Positions 22,781 to 44,600 of a DNA stretch of 64,000 nt are shown one piece after another; within the stretch, counting starts at the first letter, position 1, and every line of letters begins with the position of its first letter. The position numbers and the translations under genes are program-made. The stretch is from NCBI GenBank assembly GCA_051294375.1, contig CM119267.1:11035045-11099044 (forward strand), written 5' to 3'. The notes beneath the pieces were generated by a model. It saw nothing but the letters and a program-made list of their open reading frames with translations, did not search any database and was not told the DNA's origin. This DNA comes from Paraspadella gotoi. Its lineage: Eukaryota; Animalia; Chaetognatha.

Positions 22781-23940
22781 TTATCGTTCTTTTTTTTTGG
22801 ATTTTATTATTATCACTATACTTTTAAGTTTTTTTTTTTCTCAATTACTTTATAAAATTGGTACAACCAATATAAAAATTATCCATCCATTTAATAAATA
22901 AGCTATCTTGTCCCTGACTTTATGTAACAACTATAGGAGTTTGCCTGGTTCAATTTTTTAAATTTAGGTATCCAATAAAATGGTCCATCTGCGCTTATTG
23001 ATGATATTGAATTCAAGTTTTTCGATCTGGTATAGGATCAGTAAGCTTTTATTAACAGACATTACCATTGGGACACACTAAATAAACTATAGTCTATACA
23101 TTCACAATGCTTAGTAAGAAAGTAAGCACTCAATTCTTTTATTTAAATTTTAAATGTTGTAAAATGGAACCTTGATTTTTGGAACATTAAAAAAAAATTC
23201 TTCAAGCTAAATTCTTGAGGGGTTATGGAATTATGGAAATGCCTTTCTAATAATTTACGCCATAGAGCGGACTACATGCTTTTAACCATAGCCATGTTTT
23301 CTATTCTTTTTCTCATTTTTGTTCAGCGTATATGAAGACTGACATAAACCGGTTGCATGTCAAACAACGTTGAAAATTTCCGTGGAAAGCAAATAACCGG
23401 GCTGACAGGTTTTGCAGATCTTTACTTATGTTTGTTAACGTATCTATCTTATATTATGTATCTATCTCATATTCTATGTTATTTGGTAGCGGAATATTAA
23501 AAATCTTAAATCTTTTTTTAATTATATTTTGATCTAATTTCAACGGTTTGGATTACTATTATTAAATTTTCCTCACACCCTTGCAAGTTAATTCCGACAT
23601 TTTCGTGTTTAATTTTTTTTTCTTTTTTTCCTTGCTATACATTATTTTTATTTAATTTAATTTCTTTTACTTTTTTTATTTTTTGATTGTTTGATTTAAA
23701 TCTTTTTTCTTTCAATTTGCAATTAATATAATATAATAATATAATATAATATAATATAATAATATATAATCTTAAATGCATTCTCGCTTTTTATTACAGT
23801 GAAAAGTTTTTATCGAAACTACTAAACAGAGACAATTCGACATGGTTGAACCCTTCGGCTTCCAAAACTTTAAAATCGACAAATTTTTATTATACCTCTG
23901 GGAATAATAACCTTTACAAGTTCTCCCAACAAGCCTCAGC

Positions 23941-26900
23941 ATGTCCTTGGAGGTTTTGGTTCAGAAGGCCAAGGATTTGATCAATGTCGAGCGTTTTGGA
24001 GAGAGCGATCCGCTCGTCGAGGTTGAATTTCAGGGCCGCAAAGAGAAGACGGAATTCATCAAAGGCAACCTCTGTCCAGAATGGAATGAACGTCTCAAAT
24101 TTGACCTGGGCGGGGTCGCCCTCAGTCCCAGCGAATCCCTCATCCTTCGTGTGTTTGACTACGAAAAAGTTGGTCGTAATCGTTTGTTGGGTCAGTGCAC
24201 CGTATCTCTTGCGCCCCTCGTTAATTCCGGCCAGCCTCTGCAAAAATCTGGCACGCGCCTCACATCTGGCAAAAATGAACCCATCAACTCTACTATAGAT
24301 TTCGTCGTTACCTACGCCCCGCCACCAGGGGCTGCCCCACCCCCTGGAGGTCCTTCGGCCGGCGTCTCCCCAGCTGCGGGCGGTGGCGGCGAAGCCGCGG
24401 ACGTGGGTATAATGGAAGTCGACGCAGGTGGTGGTGGCGACGGACTTGATACAGTTTTGGCCGATGGCGATGCCGCGTCGGTCGGCACCCCGAGTCAAAC
24501 CGGGAATCCACGAAAAAAGAGCAGGCGAAAAACTAGGCGGGGCACGGCTGTTCAGCACAAACTTGGAAACAAGCCGCTAGACTTTCAAATTCGCATTAAA
24601 ATCGTCGAGGGGCGTCAGTTGTCTGGCGGAAACGTATCGCCCACTTGTCAAGTAGCCGTCGCTAACCAAGCCAAAAAATCTAAGGTCGTCAAATCGAACA
24701 ACTCTCCTCTTTTCAACGAAACGTTTTACTTCAACTTCAATAAAGTCCCCAGTCACCTTTTCGAAGAGGTCATTGACATTCGCGTTTACGATTCCAAGGC
24801 TTTTCGGTCTGATGCTAAAATTGGAAGCTTTGTGTGTGATGTCGGACTCGTTTACAGACAAAACTCGCACGCTCTAGTCAACAAATGGCTCTTGCTAAGT
24901 GATCCCGACAATCCTACTTCTGGCGGTAAAGGTTACCTCAAGGTTTGCATGTGCGTTCTGGGACCGGGGAACGAGGCGCCCTCTTTTAAGCAAATTGACG
25001 ATGAAAATGTTGATATTGAAGCCAACCTCATTAAAGCTCCTGGCATCCGACTCTGTCCCGCGCAAATTACGCTCAAATTATTCAAAGCGGAGGATATTCC
25101 GAGAATGGATTCGAACACTATGGAAAAAGTCAAAAATTTCTTTACTGGCGGAGCCAAAAAAGAACACGTCGATCCTTACTTCACTTTTTCTTTTGCCGGC
25201 AAAGAGGTTGAATCGGAAATAAAAATGCAAACCGCGACTCCCGAATGGAACCAGCAGCTTCGCCTGGGAATATCCTTCCCGTCTCTTTGTGATAAGATTA
25301 CCTTGAGAATGTTTGATTGGGACCGCATATCCGAAAACGATCCTGTCGCAACTTCGCACTTGGTCGTTTCACAGATTTCTGCGAACGGACATGGGACGGG
25401 CTTCCTTCCAACTTTCGGACCCTGTTTTGTAAATTTTTATGGCTCACCCAGGGAATTTCAAGAAATTTCTTTAGGCGATTCCGATCTCGATTATTTAAAC
25501 AAGGGTCATGGTATTGGATGCGCATTCAGAGGCCGAGCTCTGGTTGAGATCAACACTGTATTGGGGGAAAAACCAGATGAGAGTCAAGATTATGAACCTG
25601 TCATTCCTATCCCCCGTGAGGAGGTACTGAAACTTCAACCATTTCTCAGAAGGAGGAAATATCGACTTCATGCGGCCTTTATGGATGCTTGCATGATAGC
25701 TGAAACAGATGGTCCGATTGAATTTGAAGTATCTATTGGAAATTATGGAAACAAATTGGATGAAGATACACCTCCTTGCTCTTCTTCCACACAGCCCACG
25801 CATGCTGTCTTTGACGGTAACTATTATTATTACCTCCCATGGAATCTAACCAAACCGATATGCGTTGTAGATTCACATTGGGAAGACATCTCTTACAGAC
25901 TGGAGTCTCTAAATATACTTATAAAAGCAAAAGAAAAGCTATCTGAAAATATAAATCTTATAGAGACTGCATTAAAAGCAAAGGCCGAAAGAGCTGCTAC
26001 GGCTTCACTAATAATTGATAGTCTTGAAGCGTTGCTTGAAGACTGTAGCTACGAACTTCCACAGCCTACCCCAGGCTCTCACCGAGCAAATGAATTGGAC
26101 AAATGTTTATTGAGTTATCGCAAAAGTGAATTGTCTAAATTGACTCAAGCTGCCTCCCTGTTACGACAGTCGGCCACAGATGTTAGTGATGCTTTGGCGG
26201 AAATTCATGGTTATCTGAATGTGCTTACTTGCTTAGCTGTCGAACCTCAAAACAGTATGCCTGATGTCATAATCTGGATGTTGGTTGCCGACAAACGGAA
26301 GGCTTATATTAGAATTCCAGCATATGATCTTTTATATTCTGAAAGTTCGGAGAGACGGGGTAAATTATGTGGGGCTTTACAAACGCTTTATTTAAAATAT
26401 CCGGGCAAGCCTAATCATAATGAGGACGAAAAAGGACTTCCGGTGCAGCTTCGAATTCAATTATGGCTTGGGTTAGAAAAATATCAACACAAATTTGATT
26501 CTCAATTTTCTGGAGGTGAAATCGCAACTTATGCAGAAACATATGAAAATCAGACAAAAATTCCTGGGCTTGGCTGGAAAGGTGCCTTAACTCGGCCAGA
26601 TTTCTCCGACTTGACTGGAAAAATGCGATTGAATAAAGACAGCTTTATTCCGCCCCATGGTTGGAATTGGGATGGAGATTGGTATGTTTCACCTGAAATG
26701 TCTCAGGCATTTGAGAAAGATGCAGGACGAACTACTTTTTCGGAAGAAATTTATGAAAATGAATGGCATTTGCCTCGTGGTCCGTGGGGTCCTCCCAAAA
26801 CCAACAGATACACAGATTTCAATGGAGATGAAACTCCTTCTATTGAGGAATATCCTTGCCCTGAAGGATGGGAATGGGTTGATGAGTGGACTGTCGACAT

Positions 26901-29900
26901 GAACCGGGCTTGTGATGATTATGGATGGGAGTATACTGTAGAGGCAACGTTAAATATGGGATGGAGCCCAGTTGAAAAAAATTACCATGCGTGTAGAAGA
27001 CGAAGATTGGTTAGAACTAGAAAACTTCATGAAAGCATCAATCGAAAACAACTGGAGAAAAAGAGAGAAGAAGCTCTGAGTTCCTCGGAAGGATGGGAGT
27101 TTGCCACCACTTTTGAATTTAATGCTAAATTTCATGCGAAACCCAAAATGATGGATATGGCAAGAAGAAGAAGATGGCATAGAAAGTTAGTTCAGCAAGA
27201 TCCAACTGCTGGTGAACCGATATTTAAATTTGAAGATGAAGGAAGTGATAGCGATAGTGAAGATGAAGACTCAGGAGGAATTCAACAAGTCATACCAAAG
27301 ATATTTCTAACATTTAAAGAGACCCATACTTATCATATGCGCGCATATATCTATCAAGCTAGAGATCTTTTGGCTGGTGATGATACTGGTACAAGTGATC
27401 CTTACTGTCAGATATCTTGCCTTTCGTATAGCCAGTCTACCGAGAGACAGGACAAAACCCTCTCTCCGACTTGGGACCAGACATTAATTTTTGAAGAAAT
27501 CGAAATACCAGGTGATCCAACTTTAATGAAGGCCCAACCACCTGATATAACCATTGAAGTTTATGACTGGGATGCGATTGGAAAGCCTGATTTTTTAGGA
27601 AGAGCCACTGCACTACCATTAGTTAAAACTGATCCTTCTGATTATCCTCAACCTCCCAGACTTCAATGGTATCCGATAAAAACTAACAAAGGTCAAGACG
27701 CTGGAAGTCTGCTCGCAGCTTTCGAATTATTTTTGGTACAAGAAAGTAGCGATTTACCTTTTCTCCCGCCGATGCGAGGTGATTTATTCATGGTACCAAC
27801 AAATATAAGGCCTATTATGCAACGAACAGCAGTAGAAGTACTGTGCTGGGGAGTCAGAGAGTTAAGGCCCTATCAGCTGTTACCTGTTACTTCTCCATCA
27901 ATCGATTTTGAAATTGGAGGTAATATTTTGTCATCACCAGTTATATCTAGTACAAAAAAGAATCCGAATTTTCCCAACCCTATTGTGTTTTTTGATGTTG
28001 CTTTACCAAAAGAAGAGATTTACACTCCTCCTTTGAACATTGTTCTCAGAGATCACCGACAATTTGGTCGAAATCCTAAGGTTGGACGATTATCTCTAGA
28101 TATACAATCTTACCGAGTTCCACCTCTAACTGCAGACGAAATATCAAGTGACGATTCGCCTCCATTGCCTCCAAGTTCAGATTTGAATGGCACCCAAGAT
28201 GTAGTCATCGAAATTCCAACACAACCTGATTCAGTGAGCACAAACTTGAAACCAGGTAATGAAGAGGATTTAGATTGGTGGTCCAAGTTTTATGCTTCTG
28301 TAGGCCAACACGCAAAAAGTGGAAACTACCTGACATTTGGATATTCAACTATTAAGTTATTTGAAACAGAATTAGAAGACCATTTTGACAACTTTGTTGA
28401 TTTTTGTACTACATTTTCAATTCCGAGGGGCGGGAAACAAATAGACGAGGATGAGGATGTTCCAAAAGTAGGTGAACTGAAAGGATTAATTCGGGTTTAC
28501 AAATTGCCCCCTGATCCAAAAGACAACTTGCCACTTCGTTACTTTAATGAAAAGTCATTACCTAAAGGAGACTGTGAAAATTGTCTTATTCGTATCTACA
28601 TAATAGATGCTGAAGGTTTACAACCCAAGGACAGTAATGGGAAATCTGACCCATATGTTAAAATTCAAGTTGGAAAAAAGAAACTAAATTCAAGAGACAA
28701 GTATAAACCGAATTCATTAGATCCAATATTCGGGCAACTTTTCGAAATTAAGGCATTGCTCCCATTGGAAAAGGACCTTTCAATAACAGTGTCAGATTAC
28801 GATGCTGTTGGAAGAGATGATGATATTGGTAGTACAACGATAGATTTGGAGAATCGTTACACGAGTAAATTTCGAGCAACTTGTGGTCTACCAAAGCTAT
28901 ACTTTGATAAGGGTAAATTTGCTTGGCGCGATTCTAAAAAACCAAAAGAAATTTTGCAGCTTACATGCGAAAGAAAAGGTTGGTCTGCTCCATTATTTCA
29001 AGGTAACACTGTTCTACGAATTGGTAAGAATAACTATAGGATAGAAGACTTCGAAAAAAGTAACTTAAAGAATCCTAATCTCGGACCAGTGGATGAGCGT
29101 CTTGCTTTACATGTCTTAAATTCAATCAACCTAGTCCCGGAACATGTTGAGACAAGGAGCCTCCATAATGCCTTGCAACCTGACATTGAGCAAGGAAAAC
29201 TACGAATGTGGGTGGATATTTTTCCGTTATCAATTGGTACGCCACCTCCTCCAATTGATATATCTCCTCGAAAAGCCTCCAAATATTACTTACGTGTTAT
29301 CATCTATAATACATACGACGTAATTCTGGATGAAACTAGCATAACTGGAGAGCAAATGTCAGATATATATGTAAAGGCGTGGATTCAAGGCGTTGAAGGT
29401 GATAAGCAGGAAACTGACATTCATTATCGTTCCATGGATGGCGAGGGAAATTTTAACTGGAGAATGGTCTTTCCTTTCAATTTCATGCCTTCGGAAAACT
29501 GCATGGTTGTTAACAAAAAAGAGCATTTTTGGAGCCTTGATGCTACAGAAGAGCGTGTCCGTCCAAAGTTGTGCATGCAAGTCTGGGATAATGACAAATT
29601 TTCTGCTGATGATTTTCTTGGTCAAGTCACCTTAGATTTGATTTCGATGCCAAAGCCCAAGAAAACTGCAAACGATTGCAACCTCGACATGTTGCCCGGG
29701 ATTCGGGAGCTGACAGAACAATCTTCACAAGATTCTTTACCAAAAATTCCCTTTGTTTCCACTCCATCTAAATTAGAGTTTATCAACTTGTTTGAACAGA
29801 AACGTGTTAAAGGTTTCGTTCCATTTGTTGGTGAAGCAACAGAAGAGGGGAATCAAAAAATAATCGCCGGCAAAGCCGAAATTGAAATTGAAGTTTTGAC

Positions 29901-30159
29901 AGAGGAGGAAGCTTTAACTAAACCTGCTGGGAAAGGTCAAGAAGAACCCAACGAAAATCCCCATCTTGAGCCTCCGAAACGACCCGAAACCTCTTTTCTG
30001 TGGTTTACCTCTCCCTGGAAAACTTTCAAGCATATTATTTGGCGAAGGTATAAATGGTGGTTTATTGGCGGTATCATTGCAATCTTGTTGATCCTGTTTC
30101 TGGTACTCTTTATTTACTATTTACCGGAAATGATTCAACGAAAAATTTGGGGCGTTTAG
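23941..30159 (+). CDS. Type I ferlin (myoferlin/dysferlin-like), single coding exon, 2072 aa
   Basis: Multiple C2 domains, FerI (GYLKV), FerA/FerB (EPQNSMPDVIIWM), nested DysF (PPHGWNW, GWEY, RRRRW), DWWSKFYAS, C-terminal TM WFIGGIIAILLILFLVLFIYYLP. Confidence 0.96.
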   Translation: MSLEVLVQKAKDLINVERFGESDPLVEVEFQGRKEKTEFIKGNLCPEWNERLKFDLGGVALSPSESLILRVFDYEKVGRNRLLGQCTVSLAPLVNSGQPLQKSGTRLTSGKNEPINSTIDFVVTYAPPPGAAPPPGGPSAGVSPAAGGGGEAADVGIMEVDAGGGGDGLDTVLADGDAASVGTPSQTGNPRKKSRRKTRRGTAVQHKLGNKPLDFQIRIKIVEGRQLSGGNVSPTCQVAVANQAKKSKVVKSNNSPLFNETFYFNFNKVPSHLFEEVIDIRVYDSKAFRSDAKIGSFVCDVGLVYRQNSHALVNKWLLLSDPDNPTSGGKGYLKVCMCVLGPGNEAPSFKQIDDENVDIEANLIKAPGIRLCPAQITLKLFKAEDIPRMDSNTMEKVKNFFTGGAKKEHVDPYFTFSFAGKEVESEIKMQTATPEWNQQLRLGISFPSLCDKITLRMFDWDRISENDPVATSHLVVSQISANGHGTGFLPTFGPCFVNFYGSPREFQEISLGDSDLDYLNKGHGIGCAFRGRALVEINTVLGEKPDESQDYEPVIPIPREEVLKLQPFLRRRKYRLHAAFMDACMIAETDGPIEFEVSIGNYGNKLDEDTPPCSSSTQPTHAVFDGNYYYYLPWNLTKPICVVDSHWEDISYRLESLNILIKAKEKLSENINLIETALKAKAERAATASLIIDSLEALLEDCSYELPQPTPGSHRANELDKCLLSYRKSELSKLTQAASLLRQSATDVSDALAEIHGYLNVLTCLAVEPQNSMPDVIIWMLVADKRKAYIRIPAYDLLYSESSERRGKLCGALQTLYLKYPGKPNHNEDEKGLPVQLRIQLWLGLEKYQHKFDSQFSGGEIATYAETYENQTKIPGLGWKGALTRPDFSDLTGKMRLNKDSFIPPHGWNWDGDWYVSPEMSQAFEKDAGRTTFSEEIYENEWHLPRGPWGPPKTNRYTDFNGDETPSIEEYPCPEGWEWVDEWTVDMNRACDDYGWEYTVEATLNMGWSPVEKNYHACRRRRLVRTRKLHESINRKQLEKKREEALSSSEGWEFATTFEFNAKFHAKPKMMDMARRRRWHRKLVQQDPTAGEPIFKFEDEGSDSDSEDEDSGGIQQVIPKIFLTFKETHTYHMRAYIYQARDLLAGDDTGTSDPYCQISCLSYSQSTERQDKTLSPTWDQTLIFEEIEIPGDPTLMKAQPPDITIEVYDWDAIGKPDFLGRATALPLVKTDPSDYPQPPRLQWYPIKTNKGQDAGSLLAAFELFLVQESSDLPFLPPMRGDLFMVPTNIRPIMQRTAVEVLCWGVRELRPYQLLPVTSPSIDFEIGGNILSSPVISSTKKNPNFPNPIVFFDVALPKEEIYTPPLNIVLRDHRQFGRNPKVGRLSLDIQSYRVPPLTADEISSDDSPPLPPSSDLNGTQDVVIEIPTQPDSVSTNLKPGNEEDLDWWSKFYASVGQHAKSGNYLTFGYSTIKLFETELEDHFDNFVDFCTTFSIPRGGKQIDEDEDVPKVGELKGLIRVYKLPPDPKDNLPLRYFNEKSLPKGDCENCLIRIYIIDAEGLQPKDSNGKSDPYVKIQVGKKKLNSRDKYKPNSLDPIFGQLFEIKALLPLEKDLSITVSDYDAVGRDDDIGSTTIDLENRYTSKFRATCGLPKLYFDKGKFAWRDSKKPKEILQLTCERKGWSAPLFQGNTVLRIGKNNYRIEDFEKSNLKNPNLGPVDERLALHVLNSINLVPEHVETRSLHNALQPDIEQGKLRMWVDIFPLSIGTPPPPIDISPRKASKYYLRVIIYNTYDVILDETSITGEQMSDIYVKAWIQGVEGDKQETDIHYRSMDGEGNFNWRMVFPFNFMPSENCMVVNKKEHFWSLDATEERVRPKLCMQVWDNDKFSADDFLGQVTLDLISMPKPKKTANDCNLDMLPGIRELTEQSSQDSLPKIPFVSTPSKLEFINLFEQKRVKGFVPFVGEATEEGNQKIIAGKAEIEIEVLTEEEALTKPAGKGQEEPNENPHLEPPKRPETSFLWFTSPWKTFKHIIWRRYKWWFIGGIIAILLILFLVLFIYYLPEMIQRKIWGV

Positions 30160-31526
30160 AATGATGCTTAGATAAATAATAGGGACTCACTGTGATACGC
30201 TGTTTTCTTTCATTTTCTTTACATCAATATGCAAATTGACTTTTTACTTTCTCTATCATCTGTTCTGGCATCTGCTGTATGAATTATATAATTGTTTTTC
30301 TTTCCTTGATCCATCGTCTTTAAATTATTAGTTTTTATTGCTTAAAGTAAAGTAAAATTTTGACCGCCCATTTTCGGCCTGTCCTTAAAAAGCTAGGATT
30401 TTTAGGCTTTGTAGCATCGTTGATGGATTGCGTATGATCTTTATAACGTTTATTTTTTACATGATGATAGTAATAATTCTGTGATATTTTTTTAAATTAC
30501 TATCATTATTATGGGTAGCGGTTTTAGATATTATTATTTATCGATTTGTCTTTCCATAAACAGTTTTAAACACTACGAAAATATATGAAGACTAATTAAA
30601 GAGATAAAGAAAACTAAATTGGAGGACTATTTTAATGAAAAACGTTTTAAGAGACTACTGCATTGATCAATATGTACTAATATTAATAACTTAAAATTTT
30701 CTTTCTGCAAATTATCGGTAGCAAATTTTCATGTGGCAGAAAAGGGTTGACGAAGTTACTTTTATCGTACTTTTTGGACTCTGTTACGAAATTACAATGG
30801 TACAATTTTTTTTCCGCTGGCAATGAATTAATTTTTTTTAAATTTTAAAGACCATCTTTACCATCTTTAGTTTTCTCTTAATCTAATCTTACCAACTTTG
30901 TAATGCCGAATGCAAATATAATAGTTATTCAATTATGGTTTTATTATTCATTCAAAATGGAAGTACAAAAAGATTACTCAACGATAAATTTTCTGTATGA
31001 GACAGATCACAAACGCCTGATGGCAATTTCAAGCAAGGTACATAAATTGAAAGAATACTGGCAGGTTTATGAACAAGTTATTGTTTGAACAGATGAGATG
31101 TCTAACATCGAACGTTTGATTAATCTAATGTAAATACAACTGAACATTGAACAAATTAAGTCTCTAAGATTAATCATTAAATAATATAAATACGCTTCTG
31201 CAATCTGCTTTTCCGCAGGCTACAAGAAAAACATTTTAAGCAACACTTATTTTACAATTATAGAATTATGATTTAGGAAATCAGTTTTGTAGACATGATT
31301 TAAAAATAAAGAGATCAATGTATCTGAACATAAATACTGATATCACAAAAATAATAGTTTCAAATGAATTATTTATAAATATGCATAATGAGGTTATTTC
31401 TACGGGTTTCATACATATTTAATGTGAATAATACAATTTCTACTCTCCCTGTGGAAATATTTATTTATTTACACCTTGAATATTACACGATTAAAAAAAA
31501 AATTTATTCTTATAAAAAGTTTGAAA

Positions 31527-33748
31527 TCATACAATCGAAACGGGCTTTGCGTTAGTTGACCCTGATGAAAGCTTCGTAAAACTGACGGCACCTCGCTGTT
31601 TTTTATTCTGATCAATGGAGACGGCTAATGACGGCACATGCCTTATCGAAGTTGTTTGATAACGACGAAGTGAGCCATTAACATTGGAAGATTTAAAGCT
31701 GGCATTGCGATTGTTTACAATTTTAGAACTGGGGTTCGCACATGGGGTTTTATTACAATTCGAGTAAGTATCTAATACGAATTCTTCATCCCTGGCTTCG
31801 GCCGAGGATCGCGACGTCTCCAACGTGTCGTCTTCATCTGACGAAGAAGCGTTTCTGAGAGAATTCGTTGAACTTTCGCTACTTTCTCCAGTTTCCGCGT
31901 CGTCGTCAGTCACGGCTTTTTTCGTTCTGTTGTACTGTCGCAACAGAATGTTCCCTTCGTTGAGACCGTCGTCGCTTTCCCCCGTTTCGCCGGTAGAACA
32001 ACTGTCTCCCTCGATTCCGAGAAATCTCACGCAGCTTTCCTCTTGATCCGGGTACTTTTCGGAAACTAAACGGCGAAACTTTGAATTGTTTGTTTCTAAA
32101 AAGTTGTGAGGGCTTTGAGATCTCGAACGGTAGACTGCGCCACGACGTCTCCTCTGAAGAGGTTCGGCACGATTTTCCAACGCCAATCCGCCTCGCGCTC
32201 TCATCTCCGCCGTTCGGGCGCCGAAAAGGGCAGACCGCTCCGTGACGGGAGCTTCGTCTTCGGATAATGGTGTCGTCGGCGCCGTTCTGGATTGAGTCGC
32301 GACAGCTTCTCGAAAAGATCGGCGGCAAGCTCTGGCCTGACCCGGGAATCTCGCGTTCCAACCGTCGCCTTGACGAGTTGACGCCTCGCGTCGTCCTGAT
32401 AAGCTGTGAAAGTACGAGTTCTCGACGCTGCGTTCCATCGAGGGCGGTGATAGGCGGAGAGAGCGGCTTCTTCCCACCGTTGCGAACTTTGGCTTGGGTG
32501 TAGGAGATTTGGCCGAAGACGGAATTTCAAGGTGGTAGCGCTGGTTCGGGATTGAAGCTGGGTTGGCCTGAATTTCTTGTAGGATCCTTCGAAGCGTCAC
32601 GTAATTTTGCGAGGAAATTCCTGGTGGCTTCGGCGGGAGCTTCGGCAGCGGCGGCGGCGACGGAAGGCCGCGCGGGAGATGAGTAAGGATCGTGCTCCGA
32701 TCAATGGGTGACGGAAGTTGGGGTGGGAGAGGAAGTTGAGAGTGCTGTTCGCTGGATGCCGAAGGGTCGAAATAATCGCTCTGAAGAATTTTCGTGGAAT
32801 TTGCGATATCTGTAAAAAGCGGAAAAGCTTGTTAGCTTATTATTATATTATTCGAAGAGCCAGGTTATATTTTTTCTTATTAAAAACTTTAGTTAAAAAA
32901 CTGCCATTTTTTATTTGACAAAACAAAAGTGGGGGTTAGCAAAAGAAAGCATTTGTAAAGCATTTTTTCGCCCTTGGTCACAGCAAAACACTCCCATTTA
33001 ACTTGGTGTAAATTTACCTTTACTTTATATTGGAAGCTAAATTTTAAAAAAATAATTTGCTGTCATTTTTATATGTAATTAAAAGAATTAAAAAAATTCG
33101 TAATTCTCTTACTATTTGAGGCGAGATTAACATTTGTTTCTTTGCATTGGGAGAACGCTGAGACGTGATGTGAGTCGGAAAATATACCGCCGGTCGCTCC
33201 GTTCTCTTGATTATTTTGTTTGATGTCGACTTTGTCTGGATCCAGCATCTCGTCATAGGCCTTTGTGGGATCAGGTTTCGCCTCGTTTAAACTGTCCTTT
33301 TTGAGGGCTTCGACGAGCTTCACAACCTAACGGAGTTGACAAAAGGTTCGTTATAAATTTGAATAAATGCGGATAAAATTGAAACAACGAATTTTCTTGC
33401 TGTAATTTTAACACATGAATTGGTTTTTTCTTTGATTATTTTTTAGTTTCTCCGTCCTATATTGTATAATTTGTATGCCCTATATTTTTCTTTTGTCCTC
33501 TCTCCCTCTCCTTTCGTGCGGCTGGCAATGTTACCATTAAAAAGTACTGCGCGCGCGCGCGTGCGTGTGTTTATATATATATAAAATGATTTATCAATGT
33601 AAATAGAAAACTGTCCTATCTTTTTAATATTTTAATCTTAGTCTTACGCCAATTCGTCGGAAGTCGTCAATAAAATTGCTGAGCCCCCTTTTTGACAACC
33701 CCAAAAACCCAACCCTAAATTCGGCAGCTTCCTCGTACGCCTTCTGCT
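31527..33748 (-). CDS. Three spliced exons encoding a Pro/Ser-rich disordered protein ending -SIV; either a distal protocadherin tail or a separate gene
   Basis: Phase-compatible exons 33748-33648, 33326-33113, 32809-31527; class I PDZ-binding-type C-terminus. The upstream exon is unresolved. Confidence 0.55.
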
Positions 33749-34799
33749 CTGGTTAATAGTGGCTTCGTCTTGCCGCCGGGGATTTAAACTGTCCGCCCCC
33801 GGCATCGCGGCATCGAGAGAGCCTTTGTCTGGCATCGAGGGTCAAAGCAAAGAACGTGTATGAGGGAGGGCGAGGAAGCGTAATGATGCCGCTTCAGGGG
33901 GACATTTTAGGAAGGAAGAGAAGATATATTCAGTATCGAGAAGATAAGGGCGATCGACCGAGAGCTTCGGATTACAATAACCCGTACTTGATGGATGGCA
34001 CTTGCTTGCAAAAGAGATATTCTTTTTTTTTTTCTTTTTTCAGTAAAATGTCGGTTTCAATTTAATTTTAAGTTACAAATTTTTAAATATGCGATCTATT
34101 GTCTCTGAATAAGTCGCTGCGCAGCTAAATTATTGTCTTATTCCTCCAGGACGCTTTTGTCTCATTCGTGACTTGGCTTAAGTGGCTTTCGCGAGATGGT
34201 GCTCACTGCTAACTGCTCATTGTGCTCAATCCATCGTCTTGACTTGAGAAAATCGGATTACACTGTAATGTTCCTCCTTTTTGACTTACATATGAAGAAT
34301 TTGAACATCAATATAATTATAAAACTAGAATTTAGATAAAATAAAAAAAAAGTTGAACTGTTGAAAATTTCGTTCTTGACAAAAATGCTTTTTTATTGAT
34401 ATATCGATTTTACAAAATGCGATTATAGACCTCAGGCGTCGGAATTAACCTCGATGCTTGTTGCCTGAAGGCCAAATTTTATCGGGATTCCAAAATGGAG
34501 GAAATATTTTTTTTATTTCCGAATCCCTGATAGCATCGAAATTTTGCATTTCCTGTTTTATGTTGAGCACACAAAAGAACAAAAACATCAATCGTTTTAG
34601 TTATAATGTTTTTTATTGGATATTATCCGAAATATTTTATTGAGTAGAAAGCTTCTATCGTGGCATTTCGTCCCGACACTTCGACTCGCGTTCGCTCGGT
34701 AGGATCTTTCCTGTTCCAACCGCCCCCCCGCCTCATTCACTCGGCCCAGGGGCGAGAGACCGTGACCGTTGACCACTCTGCCACGATAGGGGTCGATGG

Positions 34800-44167
<9,368 letters not shown>

Positions 44168-44566
44168 CGTCTCTCGTTTGTTTACACTTATAAATCTCTC
44201 TGAAGAGAAAAGTGCGTTGGGTCCGTTTAAATAATAAAAATATAAAAAAAAAAAACCCACAAGAGCGGATTATTTTTTTCCGGTCGATTTAACGACGATG
44301 AGTTTTTTTAAATAAACAAAACGGAGGGAAAAAGTGTCCCGCGGATCTTCGATCTCTGATCTCAGATTTAAATAAAAAAAGGTTTATTCCGCTCGACTCA
44401 TCCGTTCGTCGTACTCGATCGTAATTGATTTTTTTTTTTTATTCTTTTTTTTTTCGGCGGAACGAGTTAAAGAACTCTCGCTGCGCTGACGTCGAGGAAA
44501 AGGATGTGATGGCGTGTTGTGTGACCGATTTTTTTTTCGGGGGGTACGCGTCGACGGCGTCGTTAA

Positions 44567-44600
<34 letters not shown>

